A stretch of DNA of 49,189 nucleotides, filler included, from Catajapyx aquilonaris (GCA_000934665.2; 3 parts of 3 records of this genome joined end to end with filler, not necessarily neighbours in it), one strand, 5' to 3'; counted from the whole stretch's first letter, positions 22,276-34,712 are shown. The notes: generated by a model from the sequence alone, not told the origin. Program-made: numbers and translations.

Positions 22276-25200
22276 TTACATCTGCTGAGTGGAATTTCCA
22301 TTCCAGGTGTTGCTCTCTGAGTCAGAATCATTTGAATTGGATGGTAAGCTGTGTATGTTGCCATCCCGCCTGAATCGGTGAGATACACCTGAGCGAAGGC
22401 GAGCCTCTGAGTTGCTAGAAGTGCAATAAAATTAGTCTTGCTGGTTTACATTACTGGTCGTTTGTATGTACCAATTACAGCCAGTCCCCGGCATACGTAG
22501 ATTTGGACTTACATAAAAGAATTCTGATATGTTAAAAATTTGTGTGCAAATAATTAATCTACACAACCAAATGCCAACGTAAAATGCAACCAATTGCAAG
22601 AAAATAGATTTAAGTGCATGGCAACTCGAACCTGCATGCCGAGACTCATTGGCTCACTCAGTTTACACGTGACAGATATTTGCAACCTGCTTCTGAGCCT
22701 TGCGATGAATCCTTTTCTACTCACTCTATTGAATACAGGGTGTTCCAGAGTTGATGACTCACTCTTTGAAACGCAATTGCTTTCGAACGGAACAACATAT
22801 TTATTTAAAGTACGTGCCAAACCAGCAAGGGAGGGTGCGAAAAATCTTCCATGTAGGTGGTGCCACTAAGCAATGCTCAGGTCTTGCAACAAAAATGGCC
22901 GAAGCAAGACTGCCGTTAGAGAAACGTGTCCAGTGTGTTTGACTGTATTCAGTGACAAAAATGTTATAGAAGTGTGCCGTCAAATGGCAAACATTTTCTG
23001 TGGACCGGCTCCTACCCGAAAAACTGTTGCGAGGATAAACCAACAGTTCGATGAAACTGGAAGTGTCTGGGATCAAAGAAACCCGGCAAAGGGAGAACAG
23101 TTGTGAACGCAGAAAACAAACAGCGCATCCGAGATGCACTGGTAAGTTCTCCAGCAAAAGCAAAATCACCCCACCAGCCTTCTTCCTGTGGGGTTATCTG
23201 AAGGAAAAGGTTTACCACCATCGAATCGACTCCCTGGAGCACCTGCGTGACATAATCACACAGGAGTTCAACGCGATCCCTGTTGACTTCTGTCGGAAGG
23301 TGTGCGACAATGTCGCCCTGCGATTGCAGGCCTGCATCGACGTGGAAGGGGGGGTGGTTGACCATACCATGGTGAACATGTCTTAAGTTAGTATTTCCTT
23401 GATGTTTTGGTACCTACTTGAAATAAATATGTTGTTCCGTTCGAAAGTAATTGCGTTTCAAAGAGTGAGTCATCAACTCTGGAACACCCTGTACTGTGTA
23501 GTATATAGACAAATAAGATCCAGTACAGCATACTGTATAATAAAGAACATGTTCTGAGTTAAGTAAAATTCGACTTATGTATAATGTTGCAGAACGATCC
23601 ACCTAGGTAAGTTGGGGACTTGCTGTATTTAAAGGGGCACTGTCTCGATAATTAAAACTTGAAATTGCATTAATTAACGATCCCGTGGCCTTCAAAAAAT
23701 GCAGAGAAAAGTCTCCATTTCATGTGAAATGGGCCTCTGCAAGGTTGTAGGTATTGCCTGGCCATGCGTTGCTGGAAGCTGTTGCTTTCAACAGCCATGC
23801 TCGTACTGCTGTCAAATGTTACAATATCCAACAGGGAAAATAACAGCCTTGCTTTATGTAGATTTCCCAGGGATATGAAGCTAGAGGAGGAAGGGCTAGC
23901 ATGAATTTAAAGGGGTGACACATCAGGGCATTGGCATGCATCTATGCACAGTATATCAGATTTGTTCAGCCCAGTTTGCAGCTGAATGCTTTTGAAACAC
24001 TGTCAAAACCTTCAGAAAAATTTGGGTTGTCTCGTCAAGTTTAAAAGGCTGATAATGTATCATCAGTTCAAAAAGAATTGTCCCAGTCATCCTGATGTGT
24101 GTGCTGCCCGCTCGACACACACCATGTAACTTACATGGTGTGTGTCGAGCGGCCAGCCCACACGTCAGGATGACTGGGACAGTTCTTTTTGCACTGTTGA
24201 TACCAATGATTTTTCATTTGCAACACAGCTATGCCCTCTTGGCAGGAAAATCATAACAGCCACGAAGAGAAGGGAGTGCTTTTTGTAATCACAAAGCAGT
24301 CTACGTAACGCTACCATTCCATGATCAGATAAGAGGTTAGAAAAGAGGCCCATATTACTTGGATATACCGGGTGTATCAGAGTCACAGGTCAAGCGCACG
24401 CGAGGGGGTGGGGAAAAATCGTAGGTGGCGACTACCCCGGTCGGTTTTATAAAACAATTAGAAATACGCCAGTAATCAATTTATTTATTACGGCCGTATG
24501 GCGTGATGTCACGTCCTTTCTGTTTGAATTAAGCCTGGCGGGCACGGCAAATGCAAGGCAAGAGTGTGCAGTGGTTTGAACGTGTTTGAAGCTGGTTGAC
24601 AGGTTCTTAGACTTGCGGGTTGCACTGAAAAAGGCGCTCTCATGCTATACTGGCAGGGTACTGAACAAAGTAGTGTACTACTGTGCAGTGGTGTGTTCAG
24701 TACTCTGCCGGTGTAGCATGAGAGCGCCTTTTTCAGTGCAACCAGCAAGGCTAAAAACCCGTTCAACCAGCTTCAAACACGTTCAAACCACTGCACACTC
24801 TTGCCTTGCATTTGCCGTGCCCGCCAGGCTCAATTCAAACAGAAAGGACGTGATGTCACGCCATACGGCCGTAATAAATAAATTGATTACTGCCGTATTT
24901 CTAATTGTTTTATAAAACCGACCGGGGTAGTCGCCACCTACGATTTTTCCCCACCCCCTCGCGTGCGCTTGACCTGTGACTCTGATACACCCTGTACATG
25001 GGTACCCTGATAAACCCAACTATTTGTGGGGTACTCACTGGTACCTGATTCCCAATGGCCAGCTCCATGCCAGTTCCCATACTGGAACTGCTTGTCGGTT
25101 CAGAAACACTTACAAGATTTGAGCAGGGGACGGGATACATCTACACCTGTTTTACATGTTCTGTATCAAAGCTAGGGCAACTTGTTCAATATGGCTGCAT

Positions 25201-28200
25201 AAAGCTCCTGCATGTAAGGCACATGGATGTTCAACAAATTCCATAAGACACAAGGTGCACCATGGGTTCCAGGATTCGAACTTGAATAAGCAGTACACAG
25301 ATCCAAACAGAAAGCCACACACAGTTTTGCTGGAATTTTCCCTGCCAGACCCAATGTCCTGATTTTCTTAGCCTTAGTTGAGAATCCCCCCACTTTCCTG
25401 CCTTTTGGGGTGAATAATCAGGTGAGTTGTTCTCTTCTGAGGAACCAATCTGAGGAATCAATTCTGAGGTCTGACCAATGCAATGGTGCAAGAGAACAAT
25501 GTGGGGTCATCCCAAATCAGGGGCGGATCCAGACTTGATGGCGTTTGCAAGGCGGGACAGGGGCATAAGTCGTAAAGGGCGGGGAGCAAGCGCACTGCAG
25601 GAGAATTTTTTTTGAGGGTTCAAGGTCACACGAGCTTAGGTGAATGTGGGAGATTTGAATGGGTGTGTACACTATTTGATGAAATTGGTAGCACTTTTTC
25701 TAAAAAATCATCCTAATTTGCAGATTAAAATCTAGAGAATATCTCACGTCCCACGGTTGGGGGGGGGGGGGGNCCCCCCCCCCCCTGGATCCGCCCCTGT
25801 CCCAAATTTGGAATGTGGCACTGACCCTTCAGGATAGCCACAATGCACTTGTAGTCACTCAATTTGCTGCCAAAATCCATTTTCCATACTGCACCTGTAA
25901 TTTCAGGCTCTTGCCAACACCATGAGAGGTGGGCTCATGGGAGTAGCTGGTGGGAACCAGGTGCAGGGCACCTTCTCCCTGTATGATATTCAGGTTAATC
26001 ATATTTTCACTGTGATGCATGTAACTCTTCTGATACTAAAAACCCATATGGACTCATCTCAAAAGTGTTGAATTTGGCGACAGTGGCCCTTTAAGGAACA
26101 TACTAAAATGGTTCAAAACAAGAAGCCAAGCCCAATACACACAAAGGAGACAAGGTAAATGATTGGTGTAAAGGAAGAGGGTGAAAAACAATTTGACCAT
26201 GGCTACTTTATTAACGTGATAGCCTTATGCAACACAGCATGCTGCAAACACAATATAAAAACATCAAGAGTGTTTTATAAAATGCAAAGCCTTGTTAAAA
26301 ATGTGACACATACACAGAAGAAAAATAAAAAGAGTACAAATCAATCTCATTCCAGTCACATGAGCAGGCAGGCCCTCCCTGTAAAATGTACACATTAACC
26401 CTTAACTACGTAGGTGGAGCCTGAGAGGCTCCAACCACTATTTAAACGCATGTAACTTTTTCATTAAATGTTTTTTCCCCCTGTCCTTCTGTGACTTTGT
26501 CACAAAAACCTTCCTAAGCATGAAAAGAAGAAAAAAATATTTTTAGTCGCCATTCTTTGGCTGAAAAAAATTCGTAACGAGGAACAGGTCCCACCTTGGA
26601 GCCGCTCAGGCTCCACCTACATAGTCAAGGGTGCTGTCGTTTTCCATATTCAGACGCTCTCCACGGAGATAGGGAAAACGACAGCACCCTTTACTACGTA
26701 GGTGGAGCCTGAGCGGCTCCAAGGTGGGACCTGTTCCTCGTTACAAATTTTTTTCTGTTGGAATATGCTGACTCAGCGTGTGATTTTTACGTTTTCGGAA
26801 GCCTAATTATCTGAACTGCACTTTCTGCATGTGAAAAGTCCAATATAACAATTGAGCTGATAAGCAGAGATTTAAATATACTGTTGGAGCCTCTCAGGCT
26901 CCACCTACGTAGTTAAGGGGGCACTACAGTCAAAATCAAGGGTTTTGCAAAAAATCGCAAAAAAAAAAAAAAAAACATTAGAGACAAGAAGTTGGGACTT
27001 CATTTTCATGAATGTACATAAGTCAAAGACCTATTAGCACCTATAATCAAATCACGTTCGTGTGTCGAAGGGCCTCCAGGGCCGCGTGACGTCACGCCAC
27101 TGTAACCACGATTTAGGACGCTGGGGTCAACCTACAACCGTCAGATTGGACCTCAGGCTTCCTTGAGCATGTAGTTTTCATTTGACCCAGAATTATAATT
27201 TTTGAAATCGTTTTAGTATTTTTTTGAAGATAACTACCAAATTAAGCAGTTTTGAGAAAACATTTAATTAAAGTAAAAATAGTAGTAGTTTGAACAGGCT
27301 AATTATTTTGCGCCAAACGATAGCGCCATGTTTGATGATAAATATGGTGAAGTGGGAAGTCCGTAGCTAAATTTTTGTGGCCTGGGCGATGGTGACAGTG
27401 TCCAAATCCGGCAAACTGAGAAAAACGCGTTGAAAGTTAAAAGTAGGGTAACGTAACAGAGCGACAATGCGATTTAAAAAATACGTTAGTGTGACGCAGA
27501 CGCTCTGTTGCCAGCAGGACCGGCGTAGCGCGTCCGCGCGGGAGCAGCACCTGATGGCGCTCATGCCAGTGGGTAGGTGGGGAGAGGAGGGGGAACAAAA
27601 GGTAATTCCCAGGCGTCCGCTCCCGACGCGCAAATTTTTTGAATTTCGGGACGCTTGATTTTTTTCAAAAAAAAAAAAAACAAAAATCGAATTTTTGAAG
27701 GTCGATGATTAAACTGCTGGCAAGTCATGAAAAGTACAGAAAAAAAAAATCTGACTGAAACTGGCAATGCAACTCACGTGATCACACGTGATGACTTAAC
27801 CCAATCACATGCCAACATAGACACTCCCTATACATTTGCACCATAACAAGCTCAATCAATCAATCAATCAGTCCCTATAAAATCTGTATAAATCTAAGCC
27901 GCCACAGCCAAAGTAAGGATAAATGGTGAAAACAAGAACCAAGCCAAAAAAATTCATTTGGTATTGACGAGGGAACTGACAAAATGTCAACACTCACTGG
28001 CTTGATGGACCAGCTTCACGTACAGCTTGTTGAGCAGCATTGCCAGGCCCACCCCACCCAAACCTTTGCAGAAGGGCATAGACAACACCCGTTGGAAGCA
28101 TTATCAGGGACCAAAAAATAGTAGAGGCAACTTTCTTGACTTTTTCCAGCCACGAGAAGGATGGTGAATGGCCCATCTGAAATGTTAATCAGTAATTTTA

Positions 28201-28539
28201 TGGCTAATCTTGCTAGAGCCATTGCAGTAGAGAACTTCCCAACTTACTTGCACCACCTGAATGCAGGCTGAATGCACGATGTTGAGTTCCGCTAACGTCT
28301 TGCCGATATCATCATCACCTTCTGTGGGAGGTAGTTGCTTCCTGGGATATGCGATGGATAGACCAAAATCTTGGCCATCCCAATATTTCCATGGCCTGTT
28401 ACTATCTGGTCCTCCAAAGTACTGAGGCATGGCATTATCTTCCAACCACTTCCTAACATCGCCAATCGTCGTGCTAGCATCGAATGCCTTCTCCACCTTC
28501 AGCCCATTTGGAAACCGGAATTGTATCCGGGTCGTGTTC
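22276..28539 (-). CDS. UBXN4: UBX domain-containing protein 4 (erasin), last three coding exons; 5' exons not located
   Basis: Exon 28539-28248 encodes the UBX domain (TRIQFRFPNG...SIAYPRK...KTLAELNI). Exon 28176-27998 encodes a hydrophobic hairpin (IFWSLIMLPTGVVYALL). Exon 22414-22276 ends RRDGNIHSL...SESNTWNGNSTQQM*, the characteristic UBXN4 C-terminus. Intron phases are compatible. Confidence 0.92.
22736..23491 (+). mobile_element. Internally deleted Tc1/mariner element (rosa/DD41D-like) with transposase remnants
   Basis: ~70-bp TIRs CAGGGTGTTCCAGAGTTGATGACTC, TA flanks; N-terminal HTH remnant (PTRKTVARINQQFDETGSV) and C-terminal remnant (TPPAFFLWGYLKEKVY...RLQACIDVEGG); catalytic core absent. 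Confidence 0.92.
24368..24994. mobile_element. Palindromic Tc1/mariner-type MITE (family A, copy 2), nested in the Kolobok-like element
   Basis: TA|CCGGGTGTATCAGAGTCACAGG...CCTGTGACTCTGATACACCCTG|TA; almost fully palindromic. Confidence 0.93.
25518..25799. mobile_element. hAT-like MITE nested in the Kolobok-like element
   Basis: TIR CAGGGGCGGATCCAG / CTGGATCCGCCCCTG; perfect 8-bp TSD tcccaaat (25510-25517, 25800-25807). Confidence 0.92.
26399..26919. mobile_element. piggyBac-like MITE with four TIR copies (dimer-like)
   Basis: TTAA|CCCTTAACTACGTAGGTGGAGCCTGAG... The motif recurs inverted at ~26598-26631, direct at ~26687-26720 and inverted at ~26885-26919. Confidence 0.85.
26917..27750. mobile_element. 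Left end of a second Kolobok-like non-autonomous element; right end not found
   Basis: TTAA|GGGGGCACTACAGTC resembles the terminus at 23633; no matching right TIR was seen. Confidence 0.45.
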
Positions 28540-29296
28540 CTAAGGGTATAAGTAAAAAATGCTTGAACTCATACTAGACCCATGTGCAACCCTTGCCTGT
28601 TATCATTCAAGCATTATTTATAAACTTATGGGAAGGTGTCCTTGACCTATGTCCTATGATATGAACAATGTTTACATGAGTGTAACAAATGCTTGTGCCG
28701 CTGGACTCATTTACTTCCTCAGTGCATTATCTCTGAATCATAACATTTCCCAAAAAATGCAGAAAACACAATATCAAAAGTACACATCTTAATTTCCAGG
28801 CACCTAAACAACATTGGTAGTTCAAAGCAAAATCAGAAATCAGGGGTGGGTTTTTTCATTATCCTGCTAATTCTCTGCTTGCAGCCTGTTCCTGCTATTG
28901 AACATTCTCCCATAAGCTTTTTCATGGGTTACCATGGTTATTAGCTGTTGACACTGGTATTGCTACCTATCAGTTGGATGAAAAATCATCCCCAGTTTTA
29001 AAAATTACATGACAATGGCAGTTCTGTATCAGTAGTTGTAGATGCGTACCCAAGTGAAGGCAGAGAGGTGTATGACAGCACATTGAAAGTAGGATGGATA
29101 CAGGGTGATCCTAAATACATTCAAACCTGTCCATGGAATATGAATATAACAGAAACATGTCCATTGCAAATTTTTTCTGAGAATGGGCATATGGATAGGA
29201 CATGAATTATTCGTGGTAAAACCTGTGCTGAATATTACATAAACCTGTCAATTACAGAAAATTTTAGGGTCCTATGCAATTCTGTTATGCACAGGT

Positions 29297-29534
29297 TGTG
29301 ACGACCCTGGTCCGCCCCGGGGCCGACCCCGTGCTAGCTCTACCAAGAAAACACCTGGGTTCCATGATCACTGGTTTATTAGACCTCTTAGGTCCGCACC
29401 TGAGTACAGAGACTACCGACTCCTTTGCCGGCTGGCTATCAACTGCCACGTATCGATCTCCCCCAGGCTCAAGCCAGGGGAGAAGTGCGCATGCGCCCCC
29501 CTCGTCACATGACCGGAGGGGCCGGGTCCTCACA
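29297..29534 (-). mobile_element. Solo LTR (Gypsy-like)
   Basis: TGTGACGACCC...GGGTCCTCACA termini; 4-bp TSD aggt (29293-29296, 29535-29538); AATAAA on the minus strand at 29375-29380. Confidence 0.8.
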
Positions 29535-29640
29535 AGGTTTCACTGTACTTGTCTGATTGCTATTGCAATGTTTTTGCACTAAACTGCTTACTATTAAGCA
29601 GTCACTCATGCATGGTTACTTTTAATAGTTATCAAAAGTA

Positions 29641-30007
29641 ATAATATAATAATAATAATAATAATTGGGGTTTAGTGCACCGCCCTAGGGCATCGGCACA
29701 GTACCTTTATTTATGCTTAAATTTGTACAAGCTTGATACAGTTGGTCCTTTTGCCGTAAGGCCCGGGTACCGCGAGCGATAGGGAGGATGACAGGAGGGG
29801 ATGTGCAAGTGCAGTGCAATGACATATGTGGTCATTTTGTGAGCTCCCCTGGGTGGTTTAGTCTATAGGAAATACCACCCGAGACGAAGTCAGAGATGGC
29901 CATAAACTCTGCACGAGATGAAGGGGGTGTCCCCAGGCTGGGATCGAACCCGGGACCTTAACATCCGTGGGCGCGCACGTTACCGCGGCGCCACTCCGTC
30001 TCCCCCA
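29641..30007 (-). mobile_element. Full-length tRNA-derived SINE with 14-bp TSD
   Basis: A-box-like GGAGTGGCGCCGCGG, B-box GGTTCGATCCC, (ATT)n tail; TSD agttatcaaaagta at 29627-29640 and 30008-30021. Confidence 0.92.
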
Positions 30008-30796
30008 AGTTATCAAAAGTATTAGCTAATATTAAGCCAAACTTAATCACATTTCCAACCTCTGAATTGCAATGAATTTCAAATTTCAAAATGGCAATTG
30101 GAACAATTGGCTGGCCAATTGACATCAAACGTGAATATTTCAGAATCCACTTTTGCAGAGCAAACTCCCATAGCAAACTTTATGAAGGATGGGTTCACAC
30201 AACCTAACATTTTAGTAGCTAACACTTGGATATAACTACTAAAAGTAACTTATTAAATTAATAATAATTAAAGAGGCTGACCCGACATTGCCTTTCAACC
30301 TCCAGGCAGTTACGCAAAGAAACTTCAATCGGTAAAGACTACAAGCTGCTAAGAAACAAAATGTCGGAAAAAAAACAAAACTAAATAATTCAACAAATAG
30401 GCGAACACGAACGAACCAATACGAAGCAAATACAAATGTTTAACACGCAACGAAGAACATTCAGCCTAAAATGGGGCGAGGGACCCTCCAACAATAAGCA
30501 AGCAGCGCCCCCCGACCTGGCCACCACTACGGGGGCGCTGGCCACGCAGCAGTCTCAAATACTCCTCTTCAATACTTTAGGACATGGTCAACCCAGCTCC
30601 CTGACACATCCCGCCTAGCCCTGTGTCGATGGTAGTTTAATATACAGTAAAAGTCTCCGCTATGCTGGGTCAACCTCATTTCCCAACTTGTCACGTGTCA
30701 CGTCCTCCATACTGGCCTTAAGTTGGGACACAATGGCTGATATCAATTAAACTCAAATGTTGTTCTAACCTCATCATTTCAATATACAAATATTAC

Positions 30797-31028
30797 ATGA
30801 ATTAATACCTTCTGTCACCTCAGCAGACAGTGGTAGTGCAAGGGGCTCGTCCAGGTCATCTTCCTCTTCTACATCCAAATTGTCGTCAATGTTGGAGCAC
30901 CACCCTTCACATTGCTTCAACATCGTGCTCCAACATTGACGACAATTTGGATATAGAAGAGGAAGACGGCCTGGACGAGCCCCTTGCAGTACCACTGTCA
31001 GCTGAAGCGACAGAAGGTATTAATTCAT
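30797..31028. repeat. Inverted duplication of an exon-like segment (~104-bp arms, 24-bp spacer)
   Basis: Arms 30797-30900 and 30925-31028; both strands read NIDDNLD(I/V)EEED(G/D)LDEPLA(V/L)PLSAE.TEG followed by a GTATT donor-like site. Confidence 0.9.
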
Positions 31029-31447
31029 CTAATATTTTGCAGCATTATGCATCTTTACTAATCAATTTTTCTCTATCATAACATTAATCATTCTATTACA
31101 ATTATTTCAGTTGAAGAACAGCAACAACACTCTGTTCAGCCTGGACCTTCCACAGCCCCTGACTCTTTGGCTGGACCTTCCATTGCCCAAGATCCTTCAC
31201 CTGGACCTTCTAGTGCTCAAGAAATATTGCCTGGGCCACCAACAACCAAATGGAGATGACTAAAATAACTGCGCACATGACATCAGGTATTTCCTCATAC
31301 ATCGATACTTCACTATGCAACTTATCTGTGTTTTGTAACCATGTTGTAACACTAAATGCCTTCTATATTTTCCAGATGGAGAACATACTCGAAGTGATGA
31401 CCCAATCCTGGGCTTGACTTTCACTCATTTCATGACACATGTACTAT

Positions 31448-32673
31448 TAACCACAAAAGTAATGTCGTGACTGTTTATGTGCTTTTGTGTTTATGTGATG
31501 GTAATCCTGGGCCCTGCCAGGTTACTGATATGTTTATTTGGCGATGTTCCGGAATCCACAACACTGCTCAGCGGTTAAACGGTTGCCTCCATAATGTTCC
31601 TCATCTCATTCCGTTCATTTGATATACGTAGGCTATAATAAAATATAATACATACATACATACATTTCCTTCACGGCATATTCCCATCAAGATGGGGTTA
31701 CCAGCGATGACCAGGTAGGCCTACAGTCCACCTGGCCATCTCGAACGACCAGTATAATGAATCCTCTGGTGACTGGTCAGGCCACGCAGAGGATATAATG
31801 AATAGGATGATAATGAAAAGGATGACATGAATACATACAGATACACAAACACACGCGCAATACACACATATAAATATACAAAAAACCATATAAAACTATG
31901 TAAAATCTATGTAAAAATGAGTAATAATATAATGGGGTTACAATAATACATTCTGAGATGGCCGAGCCACCAACTTGGCCGCCTTGTCATAGAATGACCC
32001 AGGCGCACCCGGCCACCTTATTCATTTTATATCTCGGACCCTAATACGAGGGAAAAAATGAAACTTGCACAACTGAAGGGCACGATTAAAATTTCGTGTC
32101 ATTTGGGCAGGACACCCAAATGACACGAAATTTTAATCATAGAATTTTTTGGAGGTTATCTGCACCTCTGCGGATTCGGCGTTACCTTGTAGAATATTAA
32201 GCCCCATTTTGCATGTATGTGGGACGAATAGAGAAATTATCGGGTTATTGTAAACGTCAGAATGGAAAAGTTTTCATTTTTGACCTCGTCATTTCTCGTT
32301 ATCTGGTTTGAAAAATATGCCCCTGTGACCTTGACAAAATACGATCCTAAGTGCCAAATTTCGATTTAAAAAATAAAAAATAAAAAATGAACAAGTTGGG
32401 TGAAGATAATTGTATGATCTCACATGGAATTACCCAAACTTGAAATAAGTTGCACGAATAAGTTGCGGCTCTCTGAAAACTCAAACAGCGACCCGGACCG
32501 TGCGACCACTTGCGGGACCGAGCCACCAAAGGACCGCGGCCGTGACCACTGAGCAGTGTTGTGGATTCCGGAACATCGCCAAATAAACACGTCCGTAACC
32601 TGGCAGCGCCCAGGATTACCAACATATAAACACAAAAGGACATAAACAGTGACGACATTACTTTTGCGGTTAA
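31448..32673. repeat. Pair of ~130-bp inverted repeats about 1 kb apart, probably transposon-derived
   Basis: 31448-31575 is the diverged reverse complement of ~32544-32673. Confidence 0.8.
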
Positions 32674-32765
32674 GAGCGCGCTCTAGGCTACGCTATTCAT
32701 TGTTGCGGGTAGCCCGTCGCGGGCCGGCCCGTGAGTTTGACACTTCTTCCTCTCGCTGTCACGGC

Positions 32766-32865
32766 NNNNNNNNNNNNNNNNNNNNNNNNNNNNNNNNNNN
32801 NNNNNNNNNTTAATTAATTAANNNNNNNNNNNNNNNNNNNNNNNNNNNNNNNNNNNNNNNNNNNN
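32766..32865. other. Assembly gap with artificial TTAATTAATTAA linker
   Basis: Same structure as 16353-16452. Confidence 0.97.
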
Positions 32866-34039
32866 GGTGATACCCCTGGGGCATATGTGGAGGCCTCCGT
32901 ATGGATCTGTTTAGGTCACAGACAGACAGACAGATATAGGTCTTAAAATATGTATTAGATAACTAGTTAACTACTATATGCCGTGGAGACCCTCCATCAG
33001 TGATCCTGTTTCAAACCCACCGCGGCTACTCCTCCCTTACTGGTCGGTAGATGGCACCTACTCCCGCGACGGCCCTCGACCGACCGGACCGTACCCACAA
33101 CAACTATGCACGGTAATATTCTGCCGCAAGACCCCCGCCCTCCCAACAGATGGCGACGATGCGATGGTTTGCTCAAATCTGAATTCGAGCAATTTTAACT
33201 CAACAATGGACACGTGTGCGGGGAAAATGCGATGCCAGAGAGGTTCCGAAACGTTCACCTGATCCGGCACAATTTCTGTCAATTGCGTCAATCCTCCAGG
33301 CCAATTGCTAGGCCCTTTTCCGTCTCCAGGTTTGAGCCTCCAGCTCGTCCAGAACCGGCTAGGGAAGGGCATGAGATGAGGTACTTGCTTATTATGCGCT
33401 AGCATCACTAGGGCATGCCTGAATCATGCTTGAGTGTGCTAAGCTCCTGTCAGCCCACTCATGAGCAAGGAAGACTTTGGTGTTGAGCATAATGCCATAA
33501 TGTCCCATGCCCAAGCCAGACCTACCGCAACTCCGCAAGGGGGTCCGAGCCAGCCAGTCCCCCTACGAATGGGGGGCAACAATTCAATCAAAAAACAAAA
33601 ACCGCTCTTACGAGTCACGACTTGTTTTACAGATGTAACTCAAAAAGCAGGCATTATATTTCTATTACATCGTTGGAAAGGGCTGCCAAATGGTGGAATT
33701 TTCGTCTCTCTGCTAATTTACTTCTAAGTTCTAACCAAGAGTAACGCATAAAGCTCGCAGTCAGAAATGGCACAGTTGCTTATGCTAACTCTAAGCAAAA
33801 TTTTTCCGCAGACTCAAAATCTTCATAATATTTGCGATATCCAGCCTTGGAAAATGCATATTGAAGAGATCTCGTAATCATTTCGATGCGAATTGAAAAT
33901 TAAACCTGATTTGTCATTTGTGACACTGTATAACTATATACTGCATTACATTATCAAAATTTCCCAGCAGTACAAGCTAGATTTGAGGCCAATCAAGCAC
34001 GTAACTGGAGAGAAGTTTTTTTTTTTAAAAAAAAAACAA

Positions 34040-34712
34040 CCTTAGAAGCGATTTTATCAAAAACGCCTGCGATCTAGCAGTTCTACGAGTAGTATGGCTC
34101 GTAATCAGTGAAATTATCCCTTCTCAGTGATGTAATAAAATGTTTGCCTTTTGTTCATGTAAGGTTGTTAATGATGATGATGTTTAACATCATCTATTGT
34201 CCAGTACATGTCTCAATGAATACACTATCCACCATCATCACTAACATCAAGCTCTTGCGAACATTCACATTATCACAATATTATTTCCCACCTACACTGT
34301 AAACCGCAAACACATAATTTGATTAGACCTACCACCCCATACCTGAGGGGGCACCAATTCAAATCAAAAAACATAAACCGGAGAACGAGAGAATAACCAC
34401 ATCTCAGGTCTCACGAGCTGTTTAATATCAAAACAAGGCTCCGCCAAATGGGAGCCCACAACTAGACCTAGCCCACCCCCTACCTAAGGCGGCAACAATT
34501 CAAATCAAAAAACAAAAACCACACTTAATTTTTCCTTAATAAAACAACTTTGGAATCGATTTTATAAAAAATTGCTGTGTTCTAGCAGTTCTCGTATGGC
34601 TCCTAGTCAGCAAAAGCCCTTTCCAATGATGTAATAAAATTTCTGCTTTTTGCTCGTGTAAAGCTGTTTAATGATGATGATGATGTTTAACAGTACACAT
34701 ATCTCAATGAAT
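34040..34712. repeat. Diverged ~170-bp direct repeats (34040-34220 and 34548-34712)
   Basis: Shared cgattttat...tctagcagttct...gtatggctc...tgatgtaataaaat...atgatgatgatgtttaaca. A second motif, aattcaaatcaaaaaaca, recurs at ~33581, 34356 and 34497. Confidence 0.75.

Larger units (their letters stand above)
23633..26090 (+). mobile_element. Decayed Kolobok-like DNA transposon with THAP remnant and nested MITEs
   Basis: TTAA|AGGGGCACTGTC...GACAGTGGCCCT|TTAA. A frameshifted THAP-like remnant lies at ~23797-23992 (AVKCYN...RFPRD...W...ICSAQF...CF). Confidence 0.78.

Noticed and set aside
25903..25978. Phase-compatible candidate terminal exon for UBXN4 (EKVPCTWF...ARA*)
   Set aside because: It lies inside the Kolobok-like element, and the conserved terminal exon (NTWNGNSTQQM*) is at 22414-22276.
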